NCBI RefSeq assembly: GCF_001194135.2
Contig: NC_069000.1
Span: 29,996,799-30,060,798, forward strand
DNA length: 64,000 bases
Origin: Octopus bimaculoides
Lineage: Eukaryota
Reading direction: 5' to 3'
The translations under genes were made by a program, and so were the position numbers. The notes below the pieces were generated by a model. The model did no database searches. It was not told the origin of the DNA and was given only the letters and a program-made list of their open reading frames with translations. Position 1 is the stretch's first letter; each line of letters starts with the position of its first letter. Shown one piece after another: positions 25,053 through 36,780 of this stretch.

Positions 25053-25272
25053 CTCTTCAGCATGCAGATTACTCTACCAAATGTAATGCTTATTGATTCA
25101 CATTGCTTTTAATGAGTAATGCATTATCTCATAGCTTTGTGATTTTGATGATGAGATTGCATATTTTTAGAATGTCATTATAGGGTAGGTGTGAGAGGCC
25201 AAATCTGGTCACTTTGAACACAAAATGGGTAAAATATTTGGGTTGGAGATGGCTGGTTTAAATGTTAAAGGG
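25053..25272. mobile_element. piggyBac-type (TTAA) MITE
   Basis: TTAA|CTCTTCAGCA...TGTTAAAGGG; family copies at 39023-39191, 47894-48111, 51985-52140 and 53999-54208. Confidence 0.7.
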
Positions 25273-25344
25273 TTTCAGTCATTCTTTTCCACATTGTCAG
25301 TCTTCTGGAATTCTTTCTTTCCTTACCCATGATTTTTCTGCAGA

Positions 25345-25820
25345 GACCTTCGTACATTGGGCCTCACCGAGGCGATGACTACTGACCGAGACCTTTGGAA
25401 ATGTGCTGTGCGTGAGAAGACCCGGCAAGCCAAGTAAGATCGTTGCCAGTGCCCCTGGACTGGTTCTTGTGCGGGTGGCACATGAGATGCACCATTTTGA
25501 GCGTGGCCGTTGCCAGTACCGCCTGACTGGCTCCTGTAGGATTTTCGAGCGAGATCGTTGCCAGTGCCCCTGGACTGGCTTGTGCGGGTGGCACATAAAA
25601 GACACCATTTCGAGCGTGGCCGTTTTCGTGCGGGTGACACGTAAAAGCACCCACTACACTCTCTGAGTGGTTGGCGTTAGGAAGGGCATCCAGCTGTAGA
25701 AACTCTGCCAAATCAGACTGGAGCCTGGTGTTGCCATCCGGTTTCACCAGTCCTCAGTCAAATCGTCCAACCCATGCTAGCATGGAAAGCGGACGTTAAA
25801 CGATGATGATGATGATGATG
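25345..25820 (+). mobile_element. RTE-type LINE 3' end: last 30 codons of ORF2, modular 3' UTR, (GAT)n tail
   Basis: DLRTLGLTEAMTTDRDLWKCAVREKTRQAK* (25345-25437) followed by the repeat seen in many other copies. Confidence 0.85.
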
Positions 25821-26274
25821 ACTTCAACATGACATTGTTTAAGAGGAACGTTAACAGTGTCAATGTTAACAGCTTTGGAGAGAGCCTGAAAAAGGCAGAC
25901 ACAGCTCCTTCCTTTGGTCTCAGAATTAATGTAGAAGCCATGGATGACAGCCCTTTCATCCAGATGAACCATTAAAAAAAAAATTAAAAAAAGAGCTACA
26001 ACCTCTGCTGCTCTTGTAAACTAGTAAACTGTTTATCATATCAAACCAAGTCCACCTAATGTACAGCTTTAACCTTAAGATGTTTCACTACTCAAACCTT
26101 GTACAAAATATTTTATGTAATCCTTTCTCAAAAGAATTGCAACCCCTAGAAGGAACTGCTTTTTTTACAGACATCAACTTATAAAAGTTGAAAATGAATA
26201 TCAGCTACACTCACATCACCAGTTTGGAAATGCCTGCAAATGCTTTGAACAGCATTCTTTCTCTTGCTGTAACT

Positions 26275-26559
26275 CAGAGATTCTCAACTATTTTTTACCT
26301 ATGGACCCCTTTGATTCTTATTTTACTCAGACCCTAACCTTAACCCTAACCGTAACCCTAATCATTCAATGTTCAAATAAAATCCTATTATATTTTTATG
26401 ATTGAACATTATTAAGAATTGTATAAAAATATTGTTGAAATATTTTCTGTATTTTAGAGGTACAACACCAATTTTATTGCACAGAAATTTTAGCAACAAA
26501 ATCTTATATGGACCACCGACCTCCACCCTGGTCACAAGGACCCTGATTGAGAACTAGTG
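26275..26559. mobile_element. hAT-type MITE containing telomere-like hexamers
   Basis: TIRs CAGAGATTCTCAAC / GATTGAGAACTAGTG; 8-bp flanks ctgtaact/atctaact (6/8 match). Confidence 0.7.
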
Positions 26560-27478
26560 ATCTAACTAAATAACTACATTAATATGGATTTCTGACACAG
26601 GCATAAGACTAGAAATTTGATGGGATGACAGAGTCAGTCAATTATGTTGATTCAGTACTCAACTGATCCTTTATTTTATTGCTCTCAGAAGTATGAAATA
26701 TAAAGCTGGCCTCAACAGGATTTCAACTTGGCGTATAAAAACCTGCAAAACACTCCAATATTGTAATAATTCTGTGAATGATTTCTAAGAAGGCCACAAA
26801 GATTAGAGAAAGGAATTGCAACCTTCTGGAACTCCCTACCCACTCTTGTTTCTCCTACAGACATCAAACTACAGATATTGAATAGAATGCCAAGTAAGGT
26901 AATCCCACTAATCTAAGACAATCCTCTGATTAGCCTGAAAGTAAAAATTTAAAGAAAAAAGAAAAGCAGAAACATAACAGAATTTATATTAATTTTCCAC
27001 ATCTAGTTGAACATTGCTGCCTTCATTCATGGCAGCCTTAACCATTTTGAAACATAGAGACAGAATGAATGAAGTTCAGCATAATGGTAGGTAGTAGGTA
27101 GAAAAACTAGAACAGTAGGTTGAATATCTTATAGTTTCTAATTTCTTTCTGCATTCTGAGAATGCTTTACTTAGAGGCATCTTAGGCCAGCTCTGAAAGA
27201 TTAACAATGATTCACTCAGCAATACACTTAAACTACTGGCTCACAGTTATGCTGTTTGTTTGCTATCACTATTAAAATGGCCTCTGTTCTTTTGAACAAG
27301 CTGACTGTAAATATTCTCCTCTTCTAATCACCCTTACTGTGCCTCACTTTCCAGAACCCGCATTGAACACTTTGTCCAATCTTCCCCTGACAAACTTCAA
27401 TAGTCTCAAATTCCCTTCCATTCATGCTTTTTCCTACAGCCATTGACCTAAAGATGTTAAAGGCAACAACTGCATCTA

Positions 27479-28722
27479 TTGGGTCCCATAAATAATGTGT
27501 TTTTTTCAAATGCATGAACTAAAGTCAAAGGGGGAGGAAATAAACTGCCTGCATCAGCTTGCTATAAAAGCAGATAGTAATTTTACCTTGTCCTTATTCT
27601 TAGTGCAAGTTTTAAAGAGTGCAGTTCGATTTTAACAGTTATTTTGTCAAAGGTATAATGGAAGTGATAAAGGAGCATATTTGGCATATTTTGCTTTAAG
27701 AGTTCAATGAAGGCAACAATGCAATGGAAAGTGCAAGGAATATTAATGCAGTATATGGGGATCAGACAATAAGCATAAGCCAGTGTCAACGGTGGTTCCA
27801 GAAATTCTGAGCCAGAAACTACAGCCTAGAGGATGAACCTTGTCCTGGAAGTTCTGTAGAGCTCGATGAGGACATCCTGCAAACCCTGGTGGAACAAAAT
27901 CCCATCATAACTGTTGAGGAACTAGCAGAGAAGCTTGGATTTGGTCATTCAAAGACCTGCGTGCCATCGGAAGAGTCAACAAATTGGATCAATGGGTCCC
28001 TCACAGACTTTCCGAGTCTAAACGTGTGCAGAGAATGAGTGTGTGCTCTTCTTTGCTGTCACGTCTCATGAATGAACTTTTTTTGGACTGAATGTCAAGT
28101 GCCAAAGAATGTCAAGTGCCAAAGACAGTGAGTAGGGAAAGGAGAAACACTGGCACTCCAGGCTAGAGAAGGTCTTCACCCTCGTAAGGTGTTGTTATCT
28201 GTTTGGTGGGATATGGTTTAGTCCACTTTGAACCTTTACACCCAAACAGAATGATAACAAAGGAGATCTACTGCAAACAGCTTGAGTGGCTTAAGTCAGC
28301 ACTAGAAGAAAAATGACCATCTTTGGTTTCAAGACGAAAGGTGTTCTCCCATCAGGATAATGCTTGGCCACGTACTACAAAGATGACACTCCAAAGGCTG
28401 GAGAAGTTTGGATGGAAAACAATGCCCCACCCACCATATTCACTGGATATTGCCCCATCTGATTATCATTTATTCCACAGTTTTCAAAATCATTTGGATG
28501 GAAAAAATGTGAATTCTGTAGATGCAGTCAGAACAGTACTGGAGGAGTATTTTTTGTCATGGACAAGTGAATTTTAGAAGTGGGGCCTTGTAAGTCTACC
28601 AGATAGATGGAAGAGTATTGAAGAAAATGAAGGAGAGTATATTTTAGATTAAAAAAGAACTTTATCTTAATTTTGAAAAATAAAAGTATTAAAAAATCCA
28701 CATTATTTATGGGCTGACCCAA
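27479..28722 (+). mobile_element. Near full-length defective mariner (DD34D), 1244 bp
   Basis: TIRs TTGGGT(CAG)CCCATAAATAATGTG with TA duplications; QWVPH, LHPRKVLLSVWWD, HQDNA and HPPYSLDIAPSDY motifs; in-frame stops. Confidence 0.93.
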
Positions 28723-29003
28723 TATATCAATCTAAGAGAGTCTACAAAGTTTTGGCCATTATCCTCACCACCTTCGCATAAAAGAAAAACAAAAACACAA
28801 ACTCCAAGATATGCAGGACTCCACACACTGCAGGTGGTTGGAGCGCTGGGGATGGCATGGAATATAACTATGGTAGGATCATGCATACGTAATATAGTGA
28901 GTTAAAAAAGAAAAAAAATTTTGATTAATAGAGATTATCAATGTAGATAATAATAGACAGGTTACTGGTTTTCAAATGGTTTCCTGACAAGGGGGTATAT
29001 ATG

Positions 29004-29590
29004 CAGGGGTTAGATAAAATAAGTGGAAACACCTTAAAATTTCAAACAAATTAATTTTAATATGGGGTAGGACCGCCTTTGGCAGTAATTACAGCTTGAA
29101 TTCTACAAGGTATGGATTCGTACGAAGTTTGAATTTTTTCCAAAGGAATTTTTGTCCATTCTTTAGCTAAAACAGTCTCCAGTTCTTGTAGTAATGATGG
29201 TCGAAGATATCAACTCCTTACTTGTTTTTCTAAACTGCACCATAAATGTTCAATAATATTGAGATCTGAGGACTGTGGTGGCCAGATAAGATGTTCCACT
29301 TCACTAGAATGTTCCTTGTGCCTTTCAGTAACAACTTTAGCTGTGTGAATTGGTGCATTATCATCCTGAAAGATTGCGTTTCCCTCCGGAAACAGTTCTG
29401 CAACCATAGGATGAATTTGATCAGGTAAAATACTTAAATAGTCTTGCCTATTAATTCTGCCAAGAAGGGAAACCATTGGGCCAGCAGATTTCCAAGATAT
29501 AGCTCCCCCACCGATCATCACATACTCTCCTCCATGTTTAACAGTTGGAAAAAAGGCAGTCTAGGTCAAATGCATCTTTTGGAGGCCCAA
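29004..29590 (-). mobile_element. Tc1 (DD34E) transposon 3' half
   Basis: FQDDNAPIH, WPPQSSDLNIIEHLW and AVITAKGGPTPY motifs; TIR CAGGGGTTAGATAAAATAAGTGGAAACACC at 29004. Confidence 0.9.
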
Positions 29591-29609
29591 CCTTCTGAGT
29601 TCTTTTACA

Positions 29610-29731
29610 TTGCTTAGAAAAACTGAAGGACTGCTGCAATAAGTGTGTGAATCTGAGAAGGGAATATGTTGAATAAAACCACAATTAATTGATTCTCCCC
29701 AAAGCCAGGAACTTTTCAGCACCCCCTCATA
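29610..29731 (+). mobile_element. mariner 3' end fragment
   Basis: KCVNLRREYVE* followed by TIR GAACTTTTCAGCACCCCCTCATA. Confidence 0.75.
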
Positions 29732-30879
29732 TATGACCATGTAGATGCTTATATACAAAAGAGACAAATCTGCAGAGAAGCTGAACATCAATGAAGAATT
29801 GCATTGCTGATATTTAGTGAATAAATTTGGTAATGGTGATGGATTGCTCTATATTTATCCTCTTGCCTGGTGTGTTCAGCATCAAACCATTGCACACCTT
29901 GAAAGTTACTCTTTTCCATGCTTTCTGATCTGCAGCAAGATTTTCAATGTACTTGGGAAGAACTGAGCAGTCAGTGAAGATGTGTTTCAGAGAGTAACTT
30001 CCAATGGTTCTTATGACTACTATGGTGATGATAATCCTTTGTTAGCTCACCATACAGAAAATGGGAATCTTCCATAGATTACATGCTCAGTCTAGCAGAG
30101 AATGCACTTCATGGTCATTGTTTTAATACTGATGGATTACACATGTTTAAAGAATTTTCAAAGTTTGCCTGCATACTATTGATCATAAAAGCCTATGGAC
30201 AAAGTTTTAGAGTGGACAAAAATCTGCAGATACCTCACACATATTCTATTGTTCACATCCATGTTGTACCTTGAGAGGAGTGATACAGCAACAAGACTGA
30301 TGCTTAAAAGAATGGGAGCAAGAACATACCTCTGTTTAACACCAACACTAATTTCAAAGGGCAGAGCAGATTTACAACTCAGAAACTTTAGCAGTCAGTC
30401 TATCAAGAAAGAGATGCAACGTGTGAAGGAAAACGTGGGTGACATTTGAAATCTCTGACTATGTTCCATTGTATACAAAAATTATGTCGGTTGTGCTGCA
30501 TTGAGACTCGGGAAACACTCTTGAAGGTATTTTGAGGAAGAGGCATAATAACAGAATGCAAGCAAGGATTTTTTTCAGCGGCAAAACAAGTGATACACCA
30601 AACAAGATATGTCACCATCAATAGTCCTGCATAATCAGTGATTGCTTACTTTTCTTAAATAGTTTCCAAGAATAGGGTGTTTTGTCAGCTTTCCAAGAAA
30701 GTAAGGGGAAATGAAATAGCTTGTTCTGTCGTGTTACAACGTCAGACAACAGACGAGGACTTTACAGGAAGTTCGTTTAGTCAGGCCGCTATCGTTAGGC
30801 TTGCACTGAATACTTTATTAAATTATGATTGGTTAAATATAACAATCAGTAACAGCGTTACAATTAAAGGGAAGTAACT

Positions 30880-31430
30880 CAATACATTACATAGTTCCTC
30901 TCGTAGATGACCTCCTTCAAACTTATAAACCTCGGCAGATATGGTTTTGTTTTCCAATGTGTTGGATGCGGTAGTAACTTCATGAGGCCATGGAAATTCA
31001 TCCAACTCTGGCATCAAAGAAAGAGTTAAGAGTTTAGTAAGTACAAATGAGTCAGTTGTATTTACGTAGTCCAGAATTTCCCGAAAGTGTTTTGTCCAAC
31101 AATCTAGTATCTTTTTTTTCTTGTCTTCGAGAGGTTGGCTTCTGTCAACTGTGCATAAAGGAGCAATTGCTTTTCTGGCAGGATAAAATATTAATAATTG
31201 CATTATAAAACTCGTATGTGCTGATTGTGTCAGCAAAGCGTTGAATTTCATGAGTTTTTGCATTCCACCAGACACATTTTCTCTGTATCTTTACCCAAAT
31301 TTCTAAATGGGAGTTTGAACTCGGGTTTGCAAGGTAGTCCTTGAAAACCATAAACTTTTCCCCCAAAAGAGGCATCATTTCATCAGCCGATTCGTGAAAC
31401 CAGTTAGTACTTTTTCTGTTTTCAAGTAGT
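30880..31430 (-). mobile_element. RTE LINE ORF2 fragment (between endonuclease and RT)
   Basis: NWFHES, WWNAKT.EIQRFAD, W.KHF.E.L, ELDE.P...EV and SAEVYK..G motifs. Confidence 0.8.
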
Positions 31431-31639
31431 GACTGCGGTCACTGGCTATCTAAATATAGTCAAGAAAAAAAACATTAAAAAGATGTTCTGAAAAAAAAAA
31501 AAAAGCTTGCTCTTTCTCATGCTAGGTTGGAAACCGCATCAGGCGATTCATCTCCCCCCCCCCCCNNNNNNNNNNNNNNNNNNNNNNNNNAGTGCGGTTG
31601 AAATCATACGAAAAAAGGAAGAAAAAAAAAAAGAAACTT

Positions 31640-32600
31640 GTGTCTTGGTGTCTAGAATGTGGTTCCGCTTCTGTAAGAAGTAGGCTTCCACGTGGAACTA
31701 CACTTATCGTCAAAGAGCTTCATTGAGAGCCGCCTTCAGCTGAAGAGTCTATCATAAAAACTGAGATTGACTACACGCTCTTCTGAAAAAGGTTGCACAA
31801 AGCTAGAATCATATACGTAGTGTTGGTCTGGATGTCAGAAACAAGTTCCTCTAGAAGCTGCCCGAATCTCCAGTTGGTATTTGCTCTCGGATCATGTCAC
31901 TCCCTGATTTGCTGACCAGAGATTAGTGCACATGCGCTCAATCTAGGTTCTCAACATAAAGAAGTATATGCTACTCTGAACCAATAATCTGATAACCTAT
32001 TCCTTTTGGATAACTTCACTGCTCGCATAAGCATAAATTCGACCGTCTGGAACTATGTAATTGGGAACTACGGTGTCGACTCGAATTCAAATGGGCCCCA
32101 CCTTTCCTCTCAATATGCTAAATACTCACTATTACCAGTTCGATGTTTCAACCCCCAGCCAAACAGAAACCTACCTGGAAGTACCCACTGTCAAGAAATT
32201 GTTCTCTCTTCAAGGCCAGCTCAAGGCACCGGCAACTCGAGCAGTCGTCCAGGGCGTGACAAAGACAAAATTTCCACAACTGTCAGCTTGTACACGACGA
32301 AGTTCAGCTATCCCGGGGCGCCAGCAACCCTAGGGCTGTCCCTGCATCTCCAGGATTATGTCATTGTTTGTTTCCGTGATATTCGCAATGTCTTTCTCAC
32401 TGGAGTTACTAGAGGTGCAAACTATTGGATGAATCACTGCCTTGTTCGCTCCTTCCTCTGTTGTTTTACTTCGTGTATTTACAGGCAAAACATCCAAACC
32501 TCGTTTTCATGTAGCATCTCTAGCATATATTCTCAGGTGCTCTATTAAACAGCTTATGTGTGCGTGCACAAGAAAAAAAGCAGAAACCATTCTTGTCTTC
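31640..32600 (+). mobile_element. RTE LINE apurinic-endonuclease fragment, interrupted by a ~130-bp GC-rich TIR-like insert (32212-32340)
   Basis: YTLF.K, LDNFTARI (GDFNAR-like), NSNG, TWK.P, DYVIV and NHCLVRS (DH motif) remnants. Confidence 0.8.
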
Positions 32601-33419
32601 TACTATCTGGGAAAAGCGTTTGGTATGTCAATGATTCTTCAACGCTTTGGCAGCTCAAACCACTTCACCTCACTAGTTAGAGCATAGGACGACGGTGTGT
32701 CAGGTTGTGTTTTTCATCAAAACAAACTTCCCGGATCAGTTTCCAATTACATGTGAACTGAATCAGGGTTGCGTTCTTGCACCTTGTACTTGTCCTTTCT
32801 TATATCTGCTTGCGATATTATTTTAACTTCCTCCCCAAGTAATCTAAGTTTTTATATCAGATACCAGTTTGATGGATTATTTAGCATTGCCAAATTTCAC
32901 ACACATCGAAAATACAGAAATCAACCAGAAATCACCAGTACATATACTCGCTTTGGCGTGCTGTGAATATTAAGAAGATCGATCAATCGTTCTGATTTCA
33001 ATATTGTCATCTCTGATATATCTCCAGATAAAGTCGAACATATTCTCCAGATTGCAAGTCTTCTTTCTAATAACATTCTTTTACTTCGGAAAAGAATGTG
33101 GAACATGAAAACTAGTAAAACGAGTCTTTATGAACAAACATCCAATCCGAAGAACTAAACTGATGGTTTATCACCATAACATTATTTTACGCTTGTGAAG
33201 CACGATGGAGAAAAAGGAAAAAAAAAAAAGTGTTTCCATTATCAAAAGTTCTGCGCCATCTGAAGCATATGTCCCAACCATTGTTGGTCAGAACATTTGA
33301 TTAGAATCAAAGAAGAGATATCTTCATTAAACTTTCTTCAAGGAAGTAACAACTGGGAAAAGACTACGGGAATGGGTTTTTTTTGATGTTATAAACACCA
33401 GCTGTAAAATCAGCCTCAA

Positions 33420-34090
33420 AATGGCATAAGTTCGCTCTACAACCATGCAGTACTTTGGGCAAGTGTCTTCTGCTATAGCGCCAGGCCAAGTGAATTTCGT
33501 AGAGGGAAACTGTGTGGCAGCCCGTCGTACACACACACACGTCTGTGTGTGCGTTTTGTTCCTGTGCCCCACCCTAATCGCTTGATAACCGATGTCAGTT
33601 GTTTTTCGTCCTCGTAGCATAGCAGTTTGTCAAAAGTTACTGATAGAATAGATTAAAACTCTTGAAGGTGGTGTCTCAGCATGGTTACAGAACAATGAAT
33701 GAAACAAAAGATAAAATATATCCGCTTTTTTCTGTCATTAGACTGCGACTATACTGGGGCACTGCATTGAAGAATTTTTTAATCGAATTGAATCGACCCC
33801 AGTACTTATTTTAATTTTAAAAGCTTGGTACTTAGTCTATCAGCCTCTTTGCCGAACCGCTAGGTTACGGAGACGTAAACACACCAACACTGGTTGTCAA
33901 GCGGTGGTAGGGACATAGAGACGCACATAAATGCACACACACATATATATATACAGGCTTCTTTCGGTTTCCGTCCATGAAATCCACTCACAAGGCTCTT
34001 GTCGGTTCAAGGCTATAATAGAAGACACTTGCCCAAAGTGCAAAGCTGAATCCACGTGGTCAAGAAGCAACCTCGACCATACAGCCATGT
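33420..34090. mobile_element. Tail-to-tail inverted pair of family A SINEs
   Basis: Plus-strand copy ~33420-33715 abuts a minus-strand copy ~33725-34090. Confidence 0.75.
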
Positions 34091-34449
34091 TTTGAGCACT
34101 AAACAGAGCAAATAGTATTTACTATCTTGTTTTTTCTTCCTCGAGGGCTTATGCCTACAGGCGTCGGCCATCGTAAACGTCAATCCCCTCTTGCTTTTCA
34201 TGGCAGGTCTTTTTGAAGCCAGCTGGTAAGGTCAGCCTTATTGATGTTTATCATCATGTTAACGCGGAGAGGTGACTGATTTATGCTAGTTAGATTTGTT
34301 ACTCTATTGTCCAATCGTGTTGTCAAAGGTCATTCTGTAGCTATTAATATTCTAATGAGGTAGCTATGTTGTGGCAAGAAAATATAGCAGTTAGGCAGTC
34401 CTTAATTGTTGCTCTTAATGAATGACCATTAATGCTGGAGACCGCACCC

Positions 34450-34911
34450 TTACCTTGTTCTAACTTACTGAATGTTCCCTCGGCAAATTGTGATATTTTC
34501 TTTGAATTAAGTTTTCGTAACCTGTCTTTTCTTTACTCTATCATACCTTATCTGTTCACCCTTCCAGCTTGTTGTTATTTAACATTGATAACCTGTTATT
34601 TATTTGAATTCTTAAATGGAAGCATCTTTAAAACAAAATCTAAGGAAATTAAATGTAGTAAAGACTGCGAATAATGATTAAAAAATTCTAAACCTAAAAA
34701 CAATTTTGCCATTAGAACCTTTAGATTTCCTCTAGGATAAGAAGTGCGATCTGAACCAATCGAATTAAGCGTCAGTCGTTTGCAGCTGAGATCAAGGCAT
34801 TTTAAATTTCTAGTTGAACAGCTGACACAAGTCGTTGTGTCCAGAAATAGTATGAACGCCATTTTGAATGTCACGGTCTACTAAAATTTGATTTCGACGT
34901 TTTCGGTAAGT
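34450..34911. promoter_or_regulatory. Candidate bidirectional promoter / first-exon region
   Basis: Locally CpG-richer; CCAAT near 34757; YY1-like CGCCATTTTG at 34857; plus-strand donor CG|GTAAGT at 34906; minus-strand donors GTAAGT (34468) and GTAAGG (34453). Confidence 0.35.
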
Positions 34912-35310
34912 ATTTTAATGGATTTTCTCTGGTTTATTTAATCATCAAATGTACAATGATTCATGCGTATTTGATTTTGCAGATATTTCGTAGAATTAGA
35001 TTATAGATTGTGTGGAATTATTGGCTTAATTATAGACTTGTTTGTGTAAACATTGGATTGATTAAACCATTAGGTTAAGTCACGTCTACAAAGATACATT
35101 GGCATGCATACTTTATATATTATATATATATATATATAATGACACGTGTAGAAATAGATATATTTCATTGTGAATCATGTGCACAAACAAAAAAATAGAC
35201 ACGGAAGCAATTTTTTTATGTATATACGCACAGAGAAAAGAATTTCTTAACCTATGAAGAGGCAATTTCATACCCTACAAACATCGATACTCCCACCACA
35301 CACACATTCC

Positions 35311-35990
35311 TAGTGTTTCTCCTCCATTCTCTTAGTTTTCCTTGGAATAGATTTTTCTACACAAATCTCGGATTTTTTTAAAGAATTATTTAATATTTCT
35401 CTAATTGTAAGGCTGTTTTTAAGTGTTTTATTTTTACGAAGTTGTAGTACCTATCGTAATAATTATTTAAAAAGTGAGCGTGTGTGTGTGGGGGGGGGGC
35501 GCCACTCAATTCTGTTTTCTTTTCTTTCCTTTCCAGTGCTTTAAGTCCATTACATCAGATAAGTAACCAATTGGTTTCGCACAAGATATTAAATAATCAG
35601 ATGATCATCTAATTGGTAAAATCATCTGTAATGTAGTATACTTTGATGAATGCCACTCTGTCGACAAATATACACGTGCCTACATTTTCTGATTCTGGAT
35701 TATTAGACCACACATATATATTAGCGTACAAAACCTAACGAAGCACAGTTTTTAACAACTGCTGTCCTCTGAATTCGTAGTGTTTCTCCTCCATTTTCTT
35801 AGTTTTCCTCGAGACAGATTATGGTACACAAATCTTGGACTTTTTTTCAAGAATTATTTAATATTTCTCTCATTGTAAGGCTGTTTTATTTTTGCAAAGT
35901 TTTGTAATACCAATCGTAATAGTTAAAAAAAAGTGTGTCTATGTGTGTGTGTGTGTGGGGGGGCACTCAATTCTGTATTATTTTCTTTCT
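35311..35990. repeat. Local direct duplication of ~210 bp (35311-35530 and 35778-35990)
   Basis: Both copies begin TAGTGTTTCTCCTCCATT and end in (GT)n-(G)n-CACTCAATTCTG; offset 467 bp. Confidence 0.85.
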
Positions 35991-36294
35991 CTGTTAGGTA
36001 GGAACAGCCTCTCCATACCTACCGTCTTCTTTTAATATACACAGAATCGTCAACTGTTATGTATACATACGTATATGTACCATCCTTTTTTTCCTCTTTA
36101 ATTATTGTTATAACAAAAATTTCTGTAGAAAGATAGGTCAAACTAGAGGGTTTCCCACCGGGTCAAACCCTCTAGTTTGACCGAAAGATACGCTTTGCAA
36201 TTATCGTAGGTAAATTGGCTTTTTTGTAAAAAGAAAATATTAAATAAATTTACATTGTGTAATTCTGAAATGTTTTGAAGTAGAGGAAACGCTG

Positions 36295-36560
36295 TTTGGT
36301 TCCAGGTCCTGAGGTCAGCCTTCACCAGCCTGTCCCTTGTCTTTCTGGTTTCCCCCCTTCTGCAAGCTCCAATCCACATCATCAGCACTTTATATAGCTG
36401 GCCTCATCCATACACATCACATGTCCACACCAGTGCACTCTTTTCCCCTGTACACTACATCTGATTCTTCTTATGCTTGGTTTTCCTCTCAACATATTTG
36501 TACTATATTGTTCATGTATGGCTGCGACCACGAGCCATATGTCCCCTGCCCAATTCAGGA
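36295..36560 (-). mobile_element. Degraded RTE-type ORF2 C-terminus
   Basis: HWCGHVMCMDE...RRGETRKT.D.LVKADLRT motifs, same type as 25345. Confidence 0.7.
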
Positions 36561-36780
36561 TCACAATATATAGGTACATTGCGGCATAATTTCTTTTCCT
36601 CAACAGGCCCTGCCCTGTTTAACATTGTCCCGAAACAGATCCTATCAGCTTTAAACGGAGTCTAGACAGCTTTCTTCAAAGAATGCCAGACAAGCCACCC
36701 ATACCTGGATACAACTCACTCAACAAGAACTCACTACTTCGATGGACCATAGACAAAACTTGACTGTAAAAAGGATTTAG
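36545..36780 (+). mobile_element. CR1-group LINE 3' fragment
   Basis: TLRHNFFSSTGPALFNIVPK...FKRSLDSFLQRMPDKPPIPGY...NSLL. Confidence 0.75.

Noticed and set aside
32860-33160. Protein-like open frames on both strands in unique-looking sequence
   Set aside because: Short, with no recognised motif and no consistent splice or start signals.
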